Assembly: GCA_013239625.1 (NCBI GenBank)
Contig: MU054220.1
Location: forward strand, 8,653,367 to 8,717,366
DNA: 64,000 nt
Source of the DNA: Lama guanicoe
Lineage: Eukaryota
Reading direction: 5' to 3'
Position numbers and translations under genes: made by a program. The notes beneath the pieces were generated by a model, which was not told where the DNA came from, made no database searches, and saw only the letters and a list, made by a program, of their open reading frames with translations. This document shows positions 38,970 to 53,600 of this stretch, piece by piece (position 1 is the stretch's first letter; the number at the start of each line of letters is the position of its first letter).

Positions 38970-39110
38970 AACTAATGCCTTGATTGTAGCCCAAGCAGAT
39001 ATGTGCTAAACTTCTGATAAACACAAGTGTAAGATAACAAGTTTCTATTGTTTTAACTCACTAATATTGTGGTAATTTGTTACAGAAGTAATAAAAAAAA
39101 ACCAACATAC
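38970..39110 (+). mobile_element. MLT1 LTR 3' part
   Basis: gtaagataacaagtttctattgttttaactcactaatattgtggtaatttgttacag. Confidence 0.6.
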
Positions 39111-39161
39111 TGGGTATAGGGAAAACTGCACATTTACAATTGACAGTTAGGGGCACGGAAA

Positions 39162-39340
39162 GAATGGTTCTCAGACTTGACTGCATGTTAAAATCACCTG
39201 GAGAGCTTTTAATATTTGCAATGCCCAGAAACCAATGTCCAGCCCAATTAAATCAGAATCACCAGGGCTGGGATCCAGGCAACAGTATTTTCAGAGCTCC
39301 CTAGATGATTCCAAAACGTAGCCAGGTTATGAGAACCACT
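39162..39340. mobile_element. MER5A MITE
   Basis: Inverted termini tggttctca...tgagaaccact; internal aatcacctggagagcttt and caattaaatcagaatc. Confidence 0.85.
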
Positions 39341-40269
39341 CATATCCGGCATTCTGTAGAAGAGTATTTTAGCTGTTGATGCTATCACTGAAATATTAAA
39401 AGATTGTTCCACCAACCTATGAGCACTGGCCACTTCTGGATGAGAAGGTATATCATAAAAAACAAGTGAATCTTCCTCTCAGCAACTCATGGTCTTATTT
39501 CAAAGATACAGGCAACTTTCTTGGAAGCAATTTTGTTTGCAGAGTATTTGATAACATAAGTGTTTTCTCAGAAACTTTCATTCTAAGCTGGGGATCATGC
39601 GTACGTGTTACCTGTTTCACATTTTTGACATGGGATTAAAGTAAATTGATGGAGGGATGGTTTTAACAAAAGAAGAAAAGGATAAGCATTTGAAAAGTGC
39701 ATGGCCTCAAAATAGTAATGTATTTGGTGTATTTTAAAGGTTAAAATTCAGCCATTAAAATAGGAATACTCTTTGGAAAGAAAATATACTAGTTTTATTT
39801 ATTCTTGATCAAAATAAATAAGCTTATATAGGTGAAATAAACATATTTTTAAAATATCTTTTTTTAAAAATTAAATTTATGATGTGCTTCATGACTTTCT
39901 ATCAACACAGTAAATAATTAAAATAGTGGACATTGTGCCTTTTCTATTTTTATAGTTACTTAACATAAATTGAAAATGTAATTGCTATCAACACAACTGT
40001 ATTGCAGTACCACAAGACATCAACGCTACTACTATGGGAAAAGGACAAATAAGAACAATTGAATAAGCTGGTAGTAGCAGGAATGACTGTGATAAACACC
40101 GGGCTGGAAGCTAAGTGCCCTGGGTATTCATCCTGGTTCTATAGTTGACTCGTTCATTCACGACTCTGGGAAGAGACTGTCTGAGAAAGAGAATCTGCCG
40201 AGCAAATGAGATTTATTAGAACGTATTCATAAGCTAGGTTTAAATTTCTATTTGAGGACTGGACATGTT

Positions 40270-43200
40270 GCTAAAAATAAAATATAGTGTTGGAAGAAAA
40301 ATCTATTAACCTAGAATTCCATATTCATTGAAATTATCCTTCAAAAGTGAAAGAGAAATGGAGACTTTCTCAGACAAACGAAAGACTAAGGGAATTTATT
40401 GCTAGTAGACCTGCTCTGAAAGAAATGTTAAAAGTTCTTCAGGGAGCAGAAAATTACATAGTTCAGAAATTCAAATCTACATGAAGTAAGAACATCAGAG
40501 AAGAAATAAAAGAAGATAAGTAAAAATCATTTTTCTAATTAAACTGGTCTGATTTACAATTATTTCCTCAACCTAATAATAGTAACAGTGTATTGGGTGT
40601 TTATACTATATGGGTAAGTAAAATGAAAGACAGCAATATTATAAGTGATGGGAGGGAAGAATTGGGGCTATTCTGTTATAAGGGACTTGCACAAACAGTG
40701 AAGAACAATAGTGTTATTTGATAGTGAGTTTAGATTAGTTGTGAATGCATATAACAACGTTTAGAGCAACTGCCAATTTTTTTTAAAAGGATAACTGATA
40801 TGCTGAAAGACAAGAGAAAATGGGATCAGACAAAATGCTCATTTAACACTAGAGAAGGCAGAAAATGAGGGAAGGAAAAAAGAGTATGTGCAACTAAGAA
40901 AAAAACAGGCACTAACATTGTGGTTATCAAACCAAGTATATGAATAATCACTTTAAATGTGAATGATCTAAATACGCCAATGTAAAGGCAGAAATTGTCA
41001 GAGTGAATACGAAAAATTAAAAAAAAAAACTCACAAGTTACAGCTATATATTTTCTCCCTGGAACTCACTTTAAATATAAAGGTGTAGATAGGTTAAAAG
41101 TAAAGAAATGGAGAAGCTATAACATGATAACTATAATAAAAAGACAGTTGAGTAGCTATATTAATTTCAGATAAAGCAAACTTCAGAATAAGGAAAATTA
41201 TTAGGAATGAGAAGAGACATTTCATAATGATGAATTATCCAAGAAGACGTAACATCTTTAACGTATATATCTGAAGACAGGGTGTCAAAATCTGTGAGAC
41301 AAAACCTGATAGAACTGCAAGGAGAAAAGGAAAATCCACAATATAGTTGAAGACTTCAATACTCCTATCGAGTAACTGACAAATCAAGCAGGCAGAAAGT
41401 CAGTAAGAATACGGTTGACCTGACTAGAATCATCAATTGACTGGATCTAATTGACATGGAAGAAAATTCCATTCAACAACTGCAAAACAGACATTCGTCT
41501 CAAGCTTACATAGAACATTAACCAAGAAAAATCACATTCTGTGCAAAAAACACACCAGCACAGTTTAAAAGGACATAAACAATAAAAAGTATTTTCTCAG
41601 ATCACAGTGGAATTAAACTAGAAATCAATAATAGAAAGGTAACTGGAAAAATCTCACACATATTTGAAAATTAACCAATACACTTCTAATAACACATTGA
41701 TCAAAAAAGATTCAAGATAAATTTTTAAAATATTCTGAAGCAAATGAAAATGCAACTTGTCAAAACTTGTGAAACACAGTGAAAACAGTGCTTAGAGGAA
41801 AATTTACAGCTTTAAAGGCATAAATTAGAAACAGAAAAATCTAAAATCAAAATCTAAACCTCTGTTTAGGAAAACAGAGAATGAATAGTAATCTAAACTT
41901 AAAGCAAGTAGAAGAAAAGATAAAAAGTAAAAATTACAGCAGAAATCAAAGAAATCGAAATCAAGAGAACAAAAGAAGAAATCAATTATATCAAAAAGTT
42001 TTTTTTAATAAATAAAATGGATAAATCTCTATTCAGGCTAACAAAGACAAAAAAAAGATACAAATTACTAATATTAACAATGAAAAAGGGATATCACTTT
42101 TGATTCCATGGACATCTGAAGGATAATAAAGGAATATTAAGAAAAAGTCTAAAACAATTTGATAATAAATAAAATGGAGCAATTCTTTGAAAGACACGAA
42201 CTACCCATACCTGCACAAGGAAAGACACTCAGTCTAAATGGGTGTATAGCTCTTAGAGAAACTGAATCATTAATTTGCATAACCTTGCAAGAAAGAAAAA
42301 TATCAGGCCCAGACGGTTTCAGTAATGAATTCGACCAAAAATTTAAAAAAGAGAAAATGCAATTTCTCTACAATCTCTGCCAGAAGATAGAAGCAGAGGA
42401 AATACCCCCTAACTCATTCTGTGAGGCCAGCATTACCCTGATACTAGAATCAGATAAAGACATTACAACAAAGGGACACTACAAACCAATATCTCTTAGA
42501 GATAGTTGCAAAATCCCTGAACAAAATATTAGCAAATCAAACCTAAACATGTGTAAAAATAATTAAATACCGTGACCAAGTGAGATCTTTTCTGGGAATG
42601 CAATCCACCATACGAATAAGCTAAAGCAAAGGAATCATGATCATATAAAGTGATGCAGAAGAATATTTGATTCTTGCTGAAAACTCTCAGCAAACTAGAA
42701 ATAGAGGGAAACTTCAACTTGATAAAGAACACCTACAAAAACCCTATAGCTAACCTTTACTTAATGGTAAGAAACTGGCTGCCTTTTTCCTAAACTCAAA
42801 AACAATGCAAGAATGTCTCCACCCACCACTCTCATCCTGGACATACTTATTATTAAGTATACTTAATTAAATATTAAGTAATGATGATATTCATACTGAT
42901 AATACTAATAAGTATTAGCTAGTTCAGTAAGATGATAAAATAAAATAATTAGTAAGACAGGAAAATAAAATAATAAAATTGATAAATGATTATAATAAGT
43001 GTTTAATAAAGGATTATAACAAAGTCACAGTTTACTAATACATAAAAGTCAATTGCTTTCCTTTATGTTAGCAATTAAAATTGGAATTTGAAATTAACAA
43101 CAACACCATTTACAATAGCCCCCCCTCCCCAAATAAAATACTTAGGTATTTTAAGACAAAAGAAAATGTAGAGGAACATTAAATGCATATGGCTAAGTTT

Positions 43201-44590
43201 AAAAAGCCAGTTTGAAAAGATTCCATACTGTAAGATTCCAATTATATGACAGTCTGGAAAAACCTATAGAGACAATAAAATGATCAGTGTTTGCCATGGT
43301 GTTAGAGGGGAGGGTGGAAGGAGGAACAGGTGAAGCACAGGAGAGTTTTAGAGCAGTGGGATTATACTGTTCAATAATGTAGGGGTGACTAAAACACCTT
43401 CTGCTTTTGTCTATATCCTTAGACAGTCACAGCACAAAAAGGGGATCTTAATATATGCAAAGTAAAAATAAAATCCTTTAGGAAGTTGCAGTATCCCCAG
43501 AAGGAACGCAGACTGTGACAAGAGAACCTCATTGCGTTACCAACGCGTGGAGCAACCTCACTGATGCGAATGGGGAAAGGGTGTGGACCTATGTAACTTC
43601 AGAAATGAGTATACTCTGAAATAAAAAGCCAAAGGAATTGCGCACACACGCTGTTTCTTAACTGATAAAGCTGCATCCACAGGAATGCAGGCTAACCACT
43701 CTGACGCTTTTACTCATGTACACAGAATAGAGAAATTAAATAAATGCGTGGCAGATGGTGGGAGCAGGTTTCCTCACTGTAGCTGGGAGTTGACAGATAA
43801 GCATGGAGAGGAGGCTAAAATGATCTATGTGGTGATAGGTTAGAGTTAGAAACATCAGTATCAACTCATCTTTAGCTCACTATAAAGATAGATGATTACT
43901 ATGGAAATAGCTATAGATATCTGTATGTACAGAGGTTAATGCAAACCCATAAATTCATTGCTCTGTTAGCTAGGAGGACCAAAAAGAAATTACAGCCCAG
44001 TAGCAAGAAACACATCTTGTGACAGAGTGTGGTTTATAGTACCATGAGCTGATAAAAGCAACTTAGGTTCTTTGGAAAACGGCTGATTCTCGGGCTGGGG
44101 CAAGAAATATACAGCATCTATATTTTGTAGAGTCAGGAAGCAAGGAAGTGCTAAAAAAAAAAGAAAAAAAACCATAAAAACTAAAATATATCAGAGCCAA
44201 CTGCAAGAGTTCCTAGGAGACAAAGCTAGATGAATTGGAGCAAAAACATTGAAGCAGTACTGGATTATAACTCAGATTATGAAATAAATATCTATTATTC
44301 TATACTGATATAAATGATTGATTAGATCAATAGATTGTGGGGGAAGAGACTAATCCTCCATGCAGAATCTGAAATACTATCGTGAGATACTCCCCCATCA
44401 AGAAGGGGGAACATATGCCCACTTTCGGTGTTAGCTGTGCACAGTGACTTCTTCCCACAGTGTAGAGTCTAGAAAGAGGGGAGAGAGAGTAACCTTATAG
44501 CAGAAAACCCTGACAAACACCACCTTAGCTAGATGAGCTAGGACAACATTGGTAGTCATAAAGCATGCTGACAACAGGTACCCTTGATAT
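40270..44590 (+). mobile_element. Old degraded L1 (L1MC-like): ORF1 end, ORF2 fragments with internal deletion, 3' UTR
   Basis: ORF 42159-42566 contains L1 ORF2 motifs GPDGFSNEF, PNSFCEASITLI and YKPISL; endonuclease-region remnants at ~40950-41650; A-rich L1 3' UTR-like sequence follows. Confidence 0.85.
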
Positions 44591-47011
44591 CCAGTGCATA
44601 AATATAATCTTTGTTACAATTTGACCAAGAAGTTTCCACTGAAGAGAACAGTAAAAGCCTTCCTTAATACCAGCCCATATGGTACATATTCAGTTTCCCA
44701 TTATTCTCATCAAAGAGCTGCCCAGGCAAATGCAACATTCTTCACAGATAATGAACTGGGTTTTGCAACATGAATGATATAATCAGGAGTTAGTTCGGTA
44801 CTTTGCATCACTTAAAGCACTGTAGATAGGGACTAGATACTCGACTTCAGACACTACGCCAAATTCTAACACAGTTGAGTTATTAAATGCTCTGTAACCA
44901 AAAAAGAAGAGCAAAGAGAACCTCTTAACAATATTTCTTAAGCATAGGAGAGAAATCTTTACCAAAAAGTGTTACTTCATCTGCAAAATTTGTAATGGAT
45001 ATTTTGATTGTCTCATTAAAAGAGCAAACTACTATAAAAAGAAATCAATGAAATTCTCTTACATAAGAAATTATGTTAGAGATGCATGCATAATTAATTA
45101 TTCCATTTCAGTACCACTCTTGGATTTTCAGTCTTTCAGAATTTAGTAACCCAGCAACTCTGATCACTGGAGTATAGCTTCTTGGCTTTGGGTCTGGTAA
45201 CTTCAGAGTGGTCAGGGTGTTTAAGAACCTTTTTTCTCAGTTTTTCTAAGCACTTATCACTCATAGACTTCTTCGATAACACTTGGTCTTGAGCTCAAGA
45301 TTTTATTTTTTATCCAATTCTGAGTACTTTAAAATTGAAACTTTTAAAACAAGTTAAATGGACTTCACATATAAAAAAAAATTTCCAACAAGGGGTGCTG
45401 CCATTTATTTCAGATTTTCCATTTAGTAGAAATGAAATTGCCCAGTAGGTCTGTGTCTGTTCTGTTTATAGTGGCTATTTATGTGTATGCGTGTGCATGG
45501 CTTTCTTATTCTTTATATTTTTGAAAAATTCAGAAATGCCACCTTCTGGGAAATATTCCATGTACTCCTCACTCCCCATAATCTAACAGTATCTTCCATA
45601 GGGAAAGTGCTTTAAATTTTCCACGGCATTAGCATCACATGTCTTCAATGTTCCCTTGATACCAAAATGTTACTTGATAATGTATTTCTAAAGAATGCAT
45701 TATCTCCTTGATACTGCAGTGCCTATTCAACTAATGTATTGCCTCTTCCAGAAAGTCTTCCTTGACTACTCAATCAGATTGTCTTCCCCTGTGCAGGTGA
45801 ACAACATGCATGCCCTGTAGCCCGGAACTTACTACTCTGCATTACAATTATTCCTCAGATTCTTTAATTCCCTGGGCCTTCTTGGTTTAGTCTCTTTATA
45901 CCTAGCACTTACCATAATACCCAGACAATGGTAATTCTTATTAACTGATGAATAACTTAATTCAGCAGAATTAAATACTTAACAAGAGTTTGTCCTGATT
46001 TACATTTACCTGCATGAGGTAATATTCAGAATGACCAAATATTTTATCAATGTTAATTTTACCTTTCATAACATAGTGTATAAATATAAATTGACGTGAA
46101 ATAGGGAGTTCATTGGTATTTGTGGTCTGCTGCTGATAAAAACTACGAATGGATGCTGACTAATAACACCAATGGTTCTCCCTTTCTCTTCCATTTTTTT
46201 CTCTCCTTGTCATATTGCGTTTAAACTGAACTTGAAGGTGTTGCTAAATGAGTCACTTGATCCAGGTACACTAGGTTAAGATACATCCATTTTGGGAATG
46301 TTAATTTATTGGAGGAGACGAATGTCCACCAATTTCACTCTGCAAATGAGGTGGTTTTCAGTATCGGAGAATGTCATCACACACACATACACACACACAC
46401 ACAATCAATGAGTATATTACTTACTTGAGTGTTAAAGAATTATTTAAGACTCATATTTTTTGCAATAACAGGACAGCTTAATCACTAACATAATACATAT
46501 TATTAAGAGTGTGTGCTGTAATTATCTTAGATAAATTCATTATTCAGTAAATGAAATAATGGCAATTTGCCACCATTATACCTCAGTAGAGCTTGTAAAA
46601 TGAATGTCTTGCTTTTAGAATTATTAATAATTTACATCAGCAAGTTTATGTGAGACATTTTAGGCTTTCGGTAGTAATGACAACAAGAAATGAGCTTGAA
46701 ATCTGCCTTGGAAAACTTTGTAATTTTTAAAGATCCAGTTTTGTTATTGGTGTACTTTGATTCCCTGGAAACTCATTTTACAGTGGTACAAAGACAAGAA
46801 AGGGGAAAAAAATAATGGCTATGCAAACAGAAGGCTTGTGTAAAGCAACAAAATATCCAAACTACATTTAATGTGTTCTTCACTGGAAACAATAGTAATA
46901 AATGCTACTTTCCATAAATTACATATCTATGCTAAAAGAGGGAAACTGGGCTTTATTTGAGGCCAATCTGAACCAAGACTTTGAGCCTAGGGGGATCTTA
47001 AAGCTATGCAA

Positions 47012-47013
<2 letters not shown>

Positions 47014-47043
<30 letters not shown>
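47014..47043. repeat. (TG)n microsatellite
   Basis: Direct reading. Confidence 0.95.
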
Positions 47044-47045
<2 letters not shown>

Positions 47046-47454
47046 TACTCATAAGAGCTGAGATTCCTCCAATCCTCCTATTGTTAAGTAGTAAGAGGAG
47101 ACCTGGGGAAACTCCTTCAGCTGGCTTCCTCCTTCCCCATGTATCAGTCTCCCCACATGCAGTATTTGCTGATCTAATGCAAATTTGTATTCACTGACTC
47201 AGATCGATAGTTATGATCCACAAGGGGAACTTTAATAGGGGGCTCACACCAGCCATCAGCAATGGAACCACGGGTAATGTGTGAGTATGCGCTTATGCAC
47301 AGACAGCCTAGAAGACTATTCAAGAAACTTAGTTGTCTCAGAAGAGGATCTTAGGGTCTAAGAAGGCAAAAGTGGGAGAAAGGCTTAGTTTTTTAAAATT
47401 TTTTTAACCTTTTTGAACTTTTTTCTGTACTCATTAGTTAATTTAATTCATTCT

Positions 47455-47800
47455 TTTTTTTATTGAAGTATAGTCAGTTTACAATGTTGTGTCAATTTCT
47501 GGTGTACAGCATAATAGTTCAGTCATATATATATACATACATACATTTGTTTTCGTATTCTTTTTCATTATAGGTTACTATAAGGTATTAAGTGTAGTTC
47601 CCTGTGCTATACAGTATAAACTTGTTGTTTATCTACTTTATATACAGTAGTTAGTATCTGCAAACCTCAAACTTCCAATTTCTCCCTTCCCACCCCCTTC
47701 CCCTGCTGGTAACTACGTTTGTTTTCTATGTCTGTGAGTGTTTCTGTTTTGTAAATAAGTTCATTTGTCTTTTTAGATTCCACATATAAGTGATGTCATA
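47455..47800 (-). mobile_element. L1 3' end (camelid/artiodactyl type)
   Basis: Reverse complement of the 29.3 and 61.4 kb elements: ttttattgaagtatagtcagtttacaatgttgtgtcaatttctggtgtacagc. Confidence 0.9.
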
Positions 47801-47848
47801 AATTTGGAATATTTAAAGTATTACCTATTCAAAAGTTCACCTGCTTGC

Positions 47849-47850
47849 GT

Positions 47851-47890
<40 letters not shown>

Positions 47891-47923
47891 CAGACAGACA
47901 CAGAGAAAGAGAAAGAGAGGGAG
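47849..47923. repeat. Compound (TG)n(AG)n microsatellite
   Basis: Direct reading. Confidence 0.9.
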
Positions 47924-49699
47924 AGCCTAATGCTTCACTAGTAAAAAGAAACAATTCATTGTAAAAACTAACTAGCATACATCTAAATTCTGCCTCTTCA
48001 TATTAAAGGCTGAAATGTTATGTAATACTTTTGGCATTTAAAAAATACTGACTGAGCATATATAATATGACAGTTTCCCACCTTCTTTTCAATTTCCCTC
48101 TTGGTAATTCTCTTCCAGTTCTCTCTTGGATAAAAATACCAATAGAGTAACTTGGCTTGATAATTTTGCATGTTTGACTTGGAAGTCATTCAGTCAATCT
48201 CTCACACATAAAAAGGGAGGCCTGCTCACCTCATTCAGTGGGGAAAAATGAGCAAAACTGACCAAAAATCACAAAGTTCCACTGAGGTCAAACCGCTCAT
48301 CCTTCCTTCCTAAGATGGGAGAATACAGCTGTATTTCAGAAAAAAAAAAAAAATTAAAGAAGGAAATCTTGCCAGAAGAGTGCTAAGAAGCCAGAGAAAA
48401 GGAAATTACTAATTAATGTTATCATAATTAGACTTTTATAAATCCATTTTGACCGATTTCCTGGCAGTCTGACCATTTTGCACATAACATCATAGAAAGA
48501 ACAAATTAATTAAGGCTTTGGCAAGAAAAGTGTAAGGGTAGTTTTTTTTTAATTAATTGGGAAAATTTATTAATAGGCATCGAGTGCACTTTACATTGAT
48601 AACTGATACTGAAATGGTGACATTTTAAATACTTTTCTAGAAAACGATGAGTGATTTTATTTTTCCTGGGAAATGTGGAGGTCTAACTATGAGCATTAAG
48701 GAGGCCATTCTAGGTTGCTAGAGTTTAGTTAATGCTAATATCAAAACAGGTGTTCACAATTCATCTACATAAAGTGGACTGTGGACTTGTAATGATGAAT
48801 TTGGGAAAGAATTCCATGAGAAAAACTTGAAGGAATGTCAAAGTTTTTGAAGGGCAGACGCATCAAACTCAACACAAGGATCACTTTTTGCCTGAAATGC
48901 ATCTGACTTGAAAATACAGACAATTTTTCTTTCCTAATTCCTTGGAAAAAGGATTTCTGCAATAAGTCAAAAGTCATCTTCTTTCCTAAGATTTTATTGT
49001 TTTTGAGAAGTATCAACCATGTGGTTAGTTTACCACAGTTGCTAAATATCTATCAAAATATCCTAATGTAATTTACAAGGAAAAAATTGTTCATCAAAGG
49101 CTGCTAAAACAGGAGAGAATTCCCTTAGAAAACAATTCATCAATATTTCTAATATTTCCCCAGGAACAGAAAATAAAAACTCATAATTTAATTTTTCATA
49201 TAAATGTGATTCAATCTGCAATGAAGTCATCGTGGAAGTTTTATTAATATTTTTAAACAACAATAGCAGCAAACAAAAACCTAGAAGGCACTGGAACCTC
49301 ATAAATTCTGTGAGACTTCAAGTAGCCATAAAAAGACATAATTCACATAGTAGCATTTAATAGATGTCAATGAAAATATATGAGTAAATGAATAATAAGA
49401 CTGAAAACGTTTAAGCAGTTGCTCTTCACAGCAAGACTTATAAGCTGTAGACTAAATAGGAATCCAATGTTTTCCAGCCAATAACCTCTATGCCCCCTGT
49501 GTTTAGAGGTAGTACAGCTATATATCTATAGAAAAAGACTACTTATTGTTACATTCACTCTAAATTTTAAAAAATGCCCTTTCTGCCACATAGGGAGGTA
49601 ACTTTCATGCCAATAATTTACTCTGAAATTAATAATTAAAAAAGAAGATCTGAGCATCTTTTCCCCCTGTCTTTTAAACAAAAGTCTGTAATTCATTAC

Positions 49700-50660
49700 C
49701 GGTTGTTGACAGAAAACTCGTTTTCACAGATTCATGATGCATAATAAATATTGAAGAAATGATACAATTAGAAAATTCATCTTTCTGCAAAATCCAATGA
49801 TACGATATAATTGACTGCAGTGTAGACAATCAATGGACAATAAAACTATTGCCTAAAGGCATTAGGTGAACTTTGGAGGATGATTGTCATATGCCAAAGT
49901 ATGCCCTACCCCAACTATTTGCTAAATCCAAAGGGGAAACTAATCTTCATAACGAACAGATCTACTGGTCAAAACTTTAACCAAGTAGCCAAATTCAGCA
50001 TTGCTGGTAGTGACACCAACTGATATTATGTGCTTCCTTGTGTGTTGCAACGGGAAGTACATTGTCTCACCTGTGAAGCGTTCTTGGCGACAACATTTAA
50101 CCAGCATCTAATCCAGGCATTAGTTGCAAATCCTCATTTATAAAGGGCATTTAGATAAAGGAACAATTAAATGACACCACAAGAAAACAGTAAGACAAGG
50201 CAAATATTGGGAACATTCTATAAGATAACTGACCTTGATTCTTAAAACATTCAATGTCATGAAACATAAACAAATAAGAGAAAGTGGAACTGTTAGAGAT
50301 GAAAACAGGCTAAAGAGAGATGAGAATGAAATGCAATTGATAAACTTTAAGAGAATCCAAGTCTTAAAAAAGCAATTGTCAAATACTTATTGTAGGCAAC
50401 CCAGGAATTTGGAACATAAACTGGATATTAGATAAAATTAGGGTGGTGTTAATTTTCTTAGGTGGGATAAAAATGCTGGAGCTACAGAAGATAATGCTCT
50501 TGTTTTTAGGAGACAATCCTGGAATATTTAGGAGTGAAGTATCATGAGACACATATGAAAAATATTAACAAGCACCAAATTTATGTGAGATCTAAGTGGT
50601 TCATTCTTTTAACTTTTCTGCATGTTTGAAAGTTTTATAGTGAAGAGCTGGAAAAATACT
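49700..50660 (+). mobile_element. Old L1 3' UTR fragment (L1MC/ME-like)
   Basis: gaacattctataagataactgacc..aatgtcatgaaaca..gttaattttcttaggtgggataa..gaatatttaggagtgaagtatcatga. Confidence 0.6.
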
Positions 50661-53600
50661 TGATGGTAAGAGTATGCCAATGACATACTGCCTAAGCTCT
50701 TATTAGCTAAGAGCCTTTAAAATGTTCTAGTCAAAATTTAAGGAGAGTTGCTTTTCTAAAGAAGAAGAAAAGAGCACAAATAAAATTAATTTCAAAGGCA
50801 GAAAGTCACACAGATGGCAAATGGCCCTATCCAAAGTCACCTGTGACTAAAGCTACTGTATATTTTTTTTAAAGATTAAAAAAGAAGAAGAACTTTAGAG
50901 GACTTTGTGCAAAAGATACAGTAGACAAACTTATTTGCTAATCCACAAAGTGCCCAGAACCAATCTCATGTTTCTGGAAGCAGCAACAACAACAAAATGA
51001 TGGAAGTTGATCACAATAGGTATTGCCACTCTTATTCTTCTGAGAAAGTGGCTTGTCATTTCATTTAGTATAGCACTTGTACGGGCATCCCACTTCCCAA
51101 AGCCCTTCTCTTGTATTTCTCCTGAGAATATGCTGCACATTGGTAGACCGTCATGAATCATAGAATTCACCTCTCTTTCTCCCATTGGTGCTTCTGTAGA
51201 CCAGATATTCCTCCCGCCCATCAGTGATTGTGTTCTGCATGAGATGAAGTGGCGGTCTAGTGGAAAAGAGCATGTGAATTTAGTCAGAGAAAAGAATAGG
51301 TTTTACCTACTGATCCTGGGTTTGGGATCAGAACTTTAAGGTTTCTTCAGTTATAAACATGGAGAAAGTAACATGACCACCCATCTATTCGGGTTACTTA
51401 TTTAATTATTTGTCCTTTTATGAAAATGTATTTGAGCATGTACTAGCCAGACACTGGGCTGGTTGACTGAAAGGTATTTGTATGGTCTGGAGTGGTAAGA
51501 GAACTCTCTCCTATATGAATTCAATAATGGACGCCCAATCCTAGACGTTAGGTTTCCTAAAGGACTGGATAGTTTAGTTGACACTTGAAGATGTAGTGGG
51601 ATATCTAACAAAGTGAAGAAAGTCAGTCAGGCCCACTCTGGCAAGATGGAATAGTATCTAAAGACAATGAAATTTAAGAATACGGTCCATCTACTGAAGT
51701 CAAACTTGGAGCGAGATGCCCAGATTTCAGTAGAACCTGGCGTATAAGGATAGGTAAAGAGGTGAGACAAGAAACGTCATCAGTAACCACATTGTGAAGG
51801 ACCTTCTATGTCTGGACTTCTATTCCCAGCAATGAGAGTTGATGAAGAAAGTTCAGCATGACTTGGAGAGCAATGCTGAAGACTGATAGAGATATCACAC
51901 AGGATTCAGGACTCTATCTTTCATATTTGTATCCACATTACTAAGTACTGTTCATAACTTACAGTAGGTGTTCAACTCTAGAACTGGAGGCAATAATTAA
52001 CTGAGATATCAAGATCAGCGAAGCACGCTGGAGATGTTAAATGTGATTCTTCAAATTTAACGGAAGTGGGACAGATCTGTTTATGGCTCTCCTTGGAATT
52101 CTCATTTGCCTCCTATTCATTTCCTTCCTCCCCACAGGTCTGAAAATGGCATCGCCTCACTGCTCTCTTCACCTTCAGTAAAATTCTGAATTCAGAGCAG
52201 GCTTTGAGGAAAATAAAATCTCCCCCCATAATATGCATAACCTCGTGCTCAATTAGGTGTCTTGGGATTGGGAATGTCAATTCAAGAAATCAATTGTGCT
52301 CTCAGAGACAGAACCTGTGAGTGAGAAGTAGCTGGGGGCTTCGCTCAGCACTGAACAGTCTGCTGCTGTGAAAAGGCAGACGTGATTAATTTACGGGAGC
52401 GCTGCATTTGGGCATTAGTTACTGTTCCCCTGCAAATGGCTATTGATGCAGATCAAACTTTCTCAGCAAATGAGATGGAAATCTTAAATGTTCTTATTAT
52501 TTGCTTAACTTTTTCATGGTTGTATACTGTGTGCAACGAGGTTCTTTTTGTTTTTCTTCTGATTTCGTATCCTAAGCAAGAGGATTTATATTAGATTTAT
52601 CAGCAGCTTTATGAACATGAGGCTGATACAGTGTCATGGTATCATGGAAGTGGAGGTTCCAGAGACTGTCTCTGCCAAACCTGTTGTTTCTAAGAAGAAG
52701 GGTCTGAGCCCAGAGACACTGATCACTTGTTTAGGGTCATATGTCCAGTGATTGCAAGGGTTGGCATTAGGACCTGTGTTCCTTAACTACTTCTAGTCCA
52801 AAGATCATTCAATATACTGAACTATACAACAAAATCTGGAAATTCCTGTACATTAAAATATAGAAGGAGGAACACATTAAAGGAATTCATAATCAAATGT
52901 GTTTGATTTTAAAATCAGAGCAACTTACTATGTTTCTTTGCTGCATCGCATCTTTTACCTTGAGGGTCTGAAGGAAGAATGAAGGCAACTGGAATTTTAA
53001 AAGAGAAACAAAGAAAAAGGAAAAGAAAAAAATAAAAAGGCTGAGGGTTATGTTCATCTCAATATTTGTTTTTGTGCTACGTTTGTTTTACCTTCCTTTA
53101 GAACCAAGAATATGAAGGACATTGTCATAGAAGAAAAGACAGTAAACAGAGAAAAACACTTGGGGTGTCAAGGAAAATTCTCCATAACTTTATATGGAGT
53201 GCAGGTGGCCTTTGGCTCGGCCATCAGATGAGCAATCAGGAGAAGGACACTTCAGATTCCCTGGAAATGCTGTGAAACTCCACGTCCTAGAAATCATGGT
53301 TACCAAGGTTATTCGCAAGATGGTGCCTTTCTCTATTGGCCTAACTGGATGGTTTTTATTTGTCAAACAGGTTCACTTAAGCCCTGGTCACTCAAGCCTA
53401 AACAAGTGTATTAATGTTAAAATATATTTCTTGGGAGTATACCCTAGATAGAAAACAAGAGGACACCCATACTCACCCCATGCCCAAATTTTTGAAGCAC
53501 AACATCAGAGAAGAAACTGGGATATAGGGCATGTTAGTGCTTCTCAGACTTATGTGAAGATTCTGGGCTCTGAGTTTCTGCAGTTGTGACAAATGCTCAG

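Noticed and set aside
42159..42566. 135-aa ORF as a host gene
   Set aside because: It is a degraded L1 ORF2 fragment
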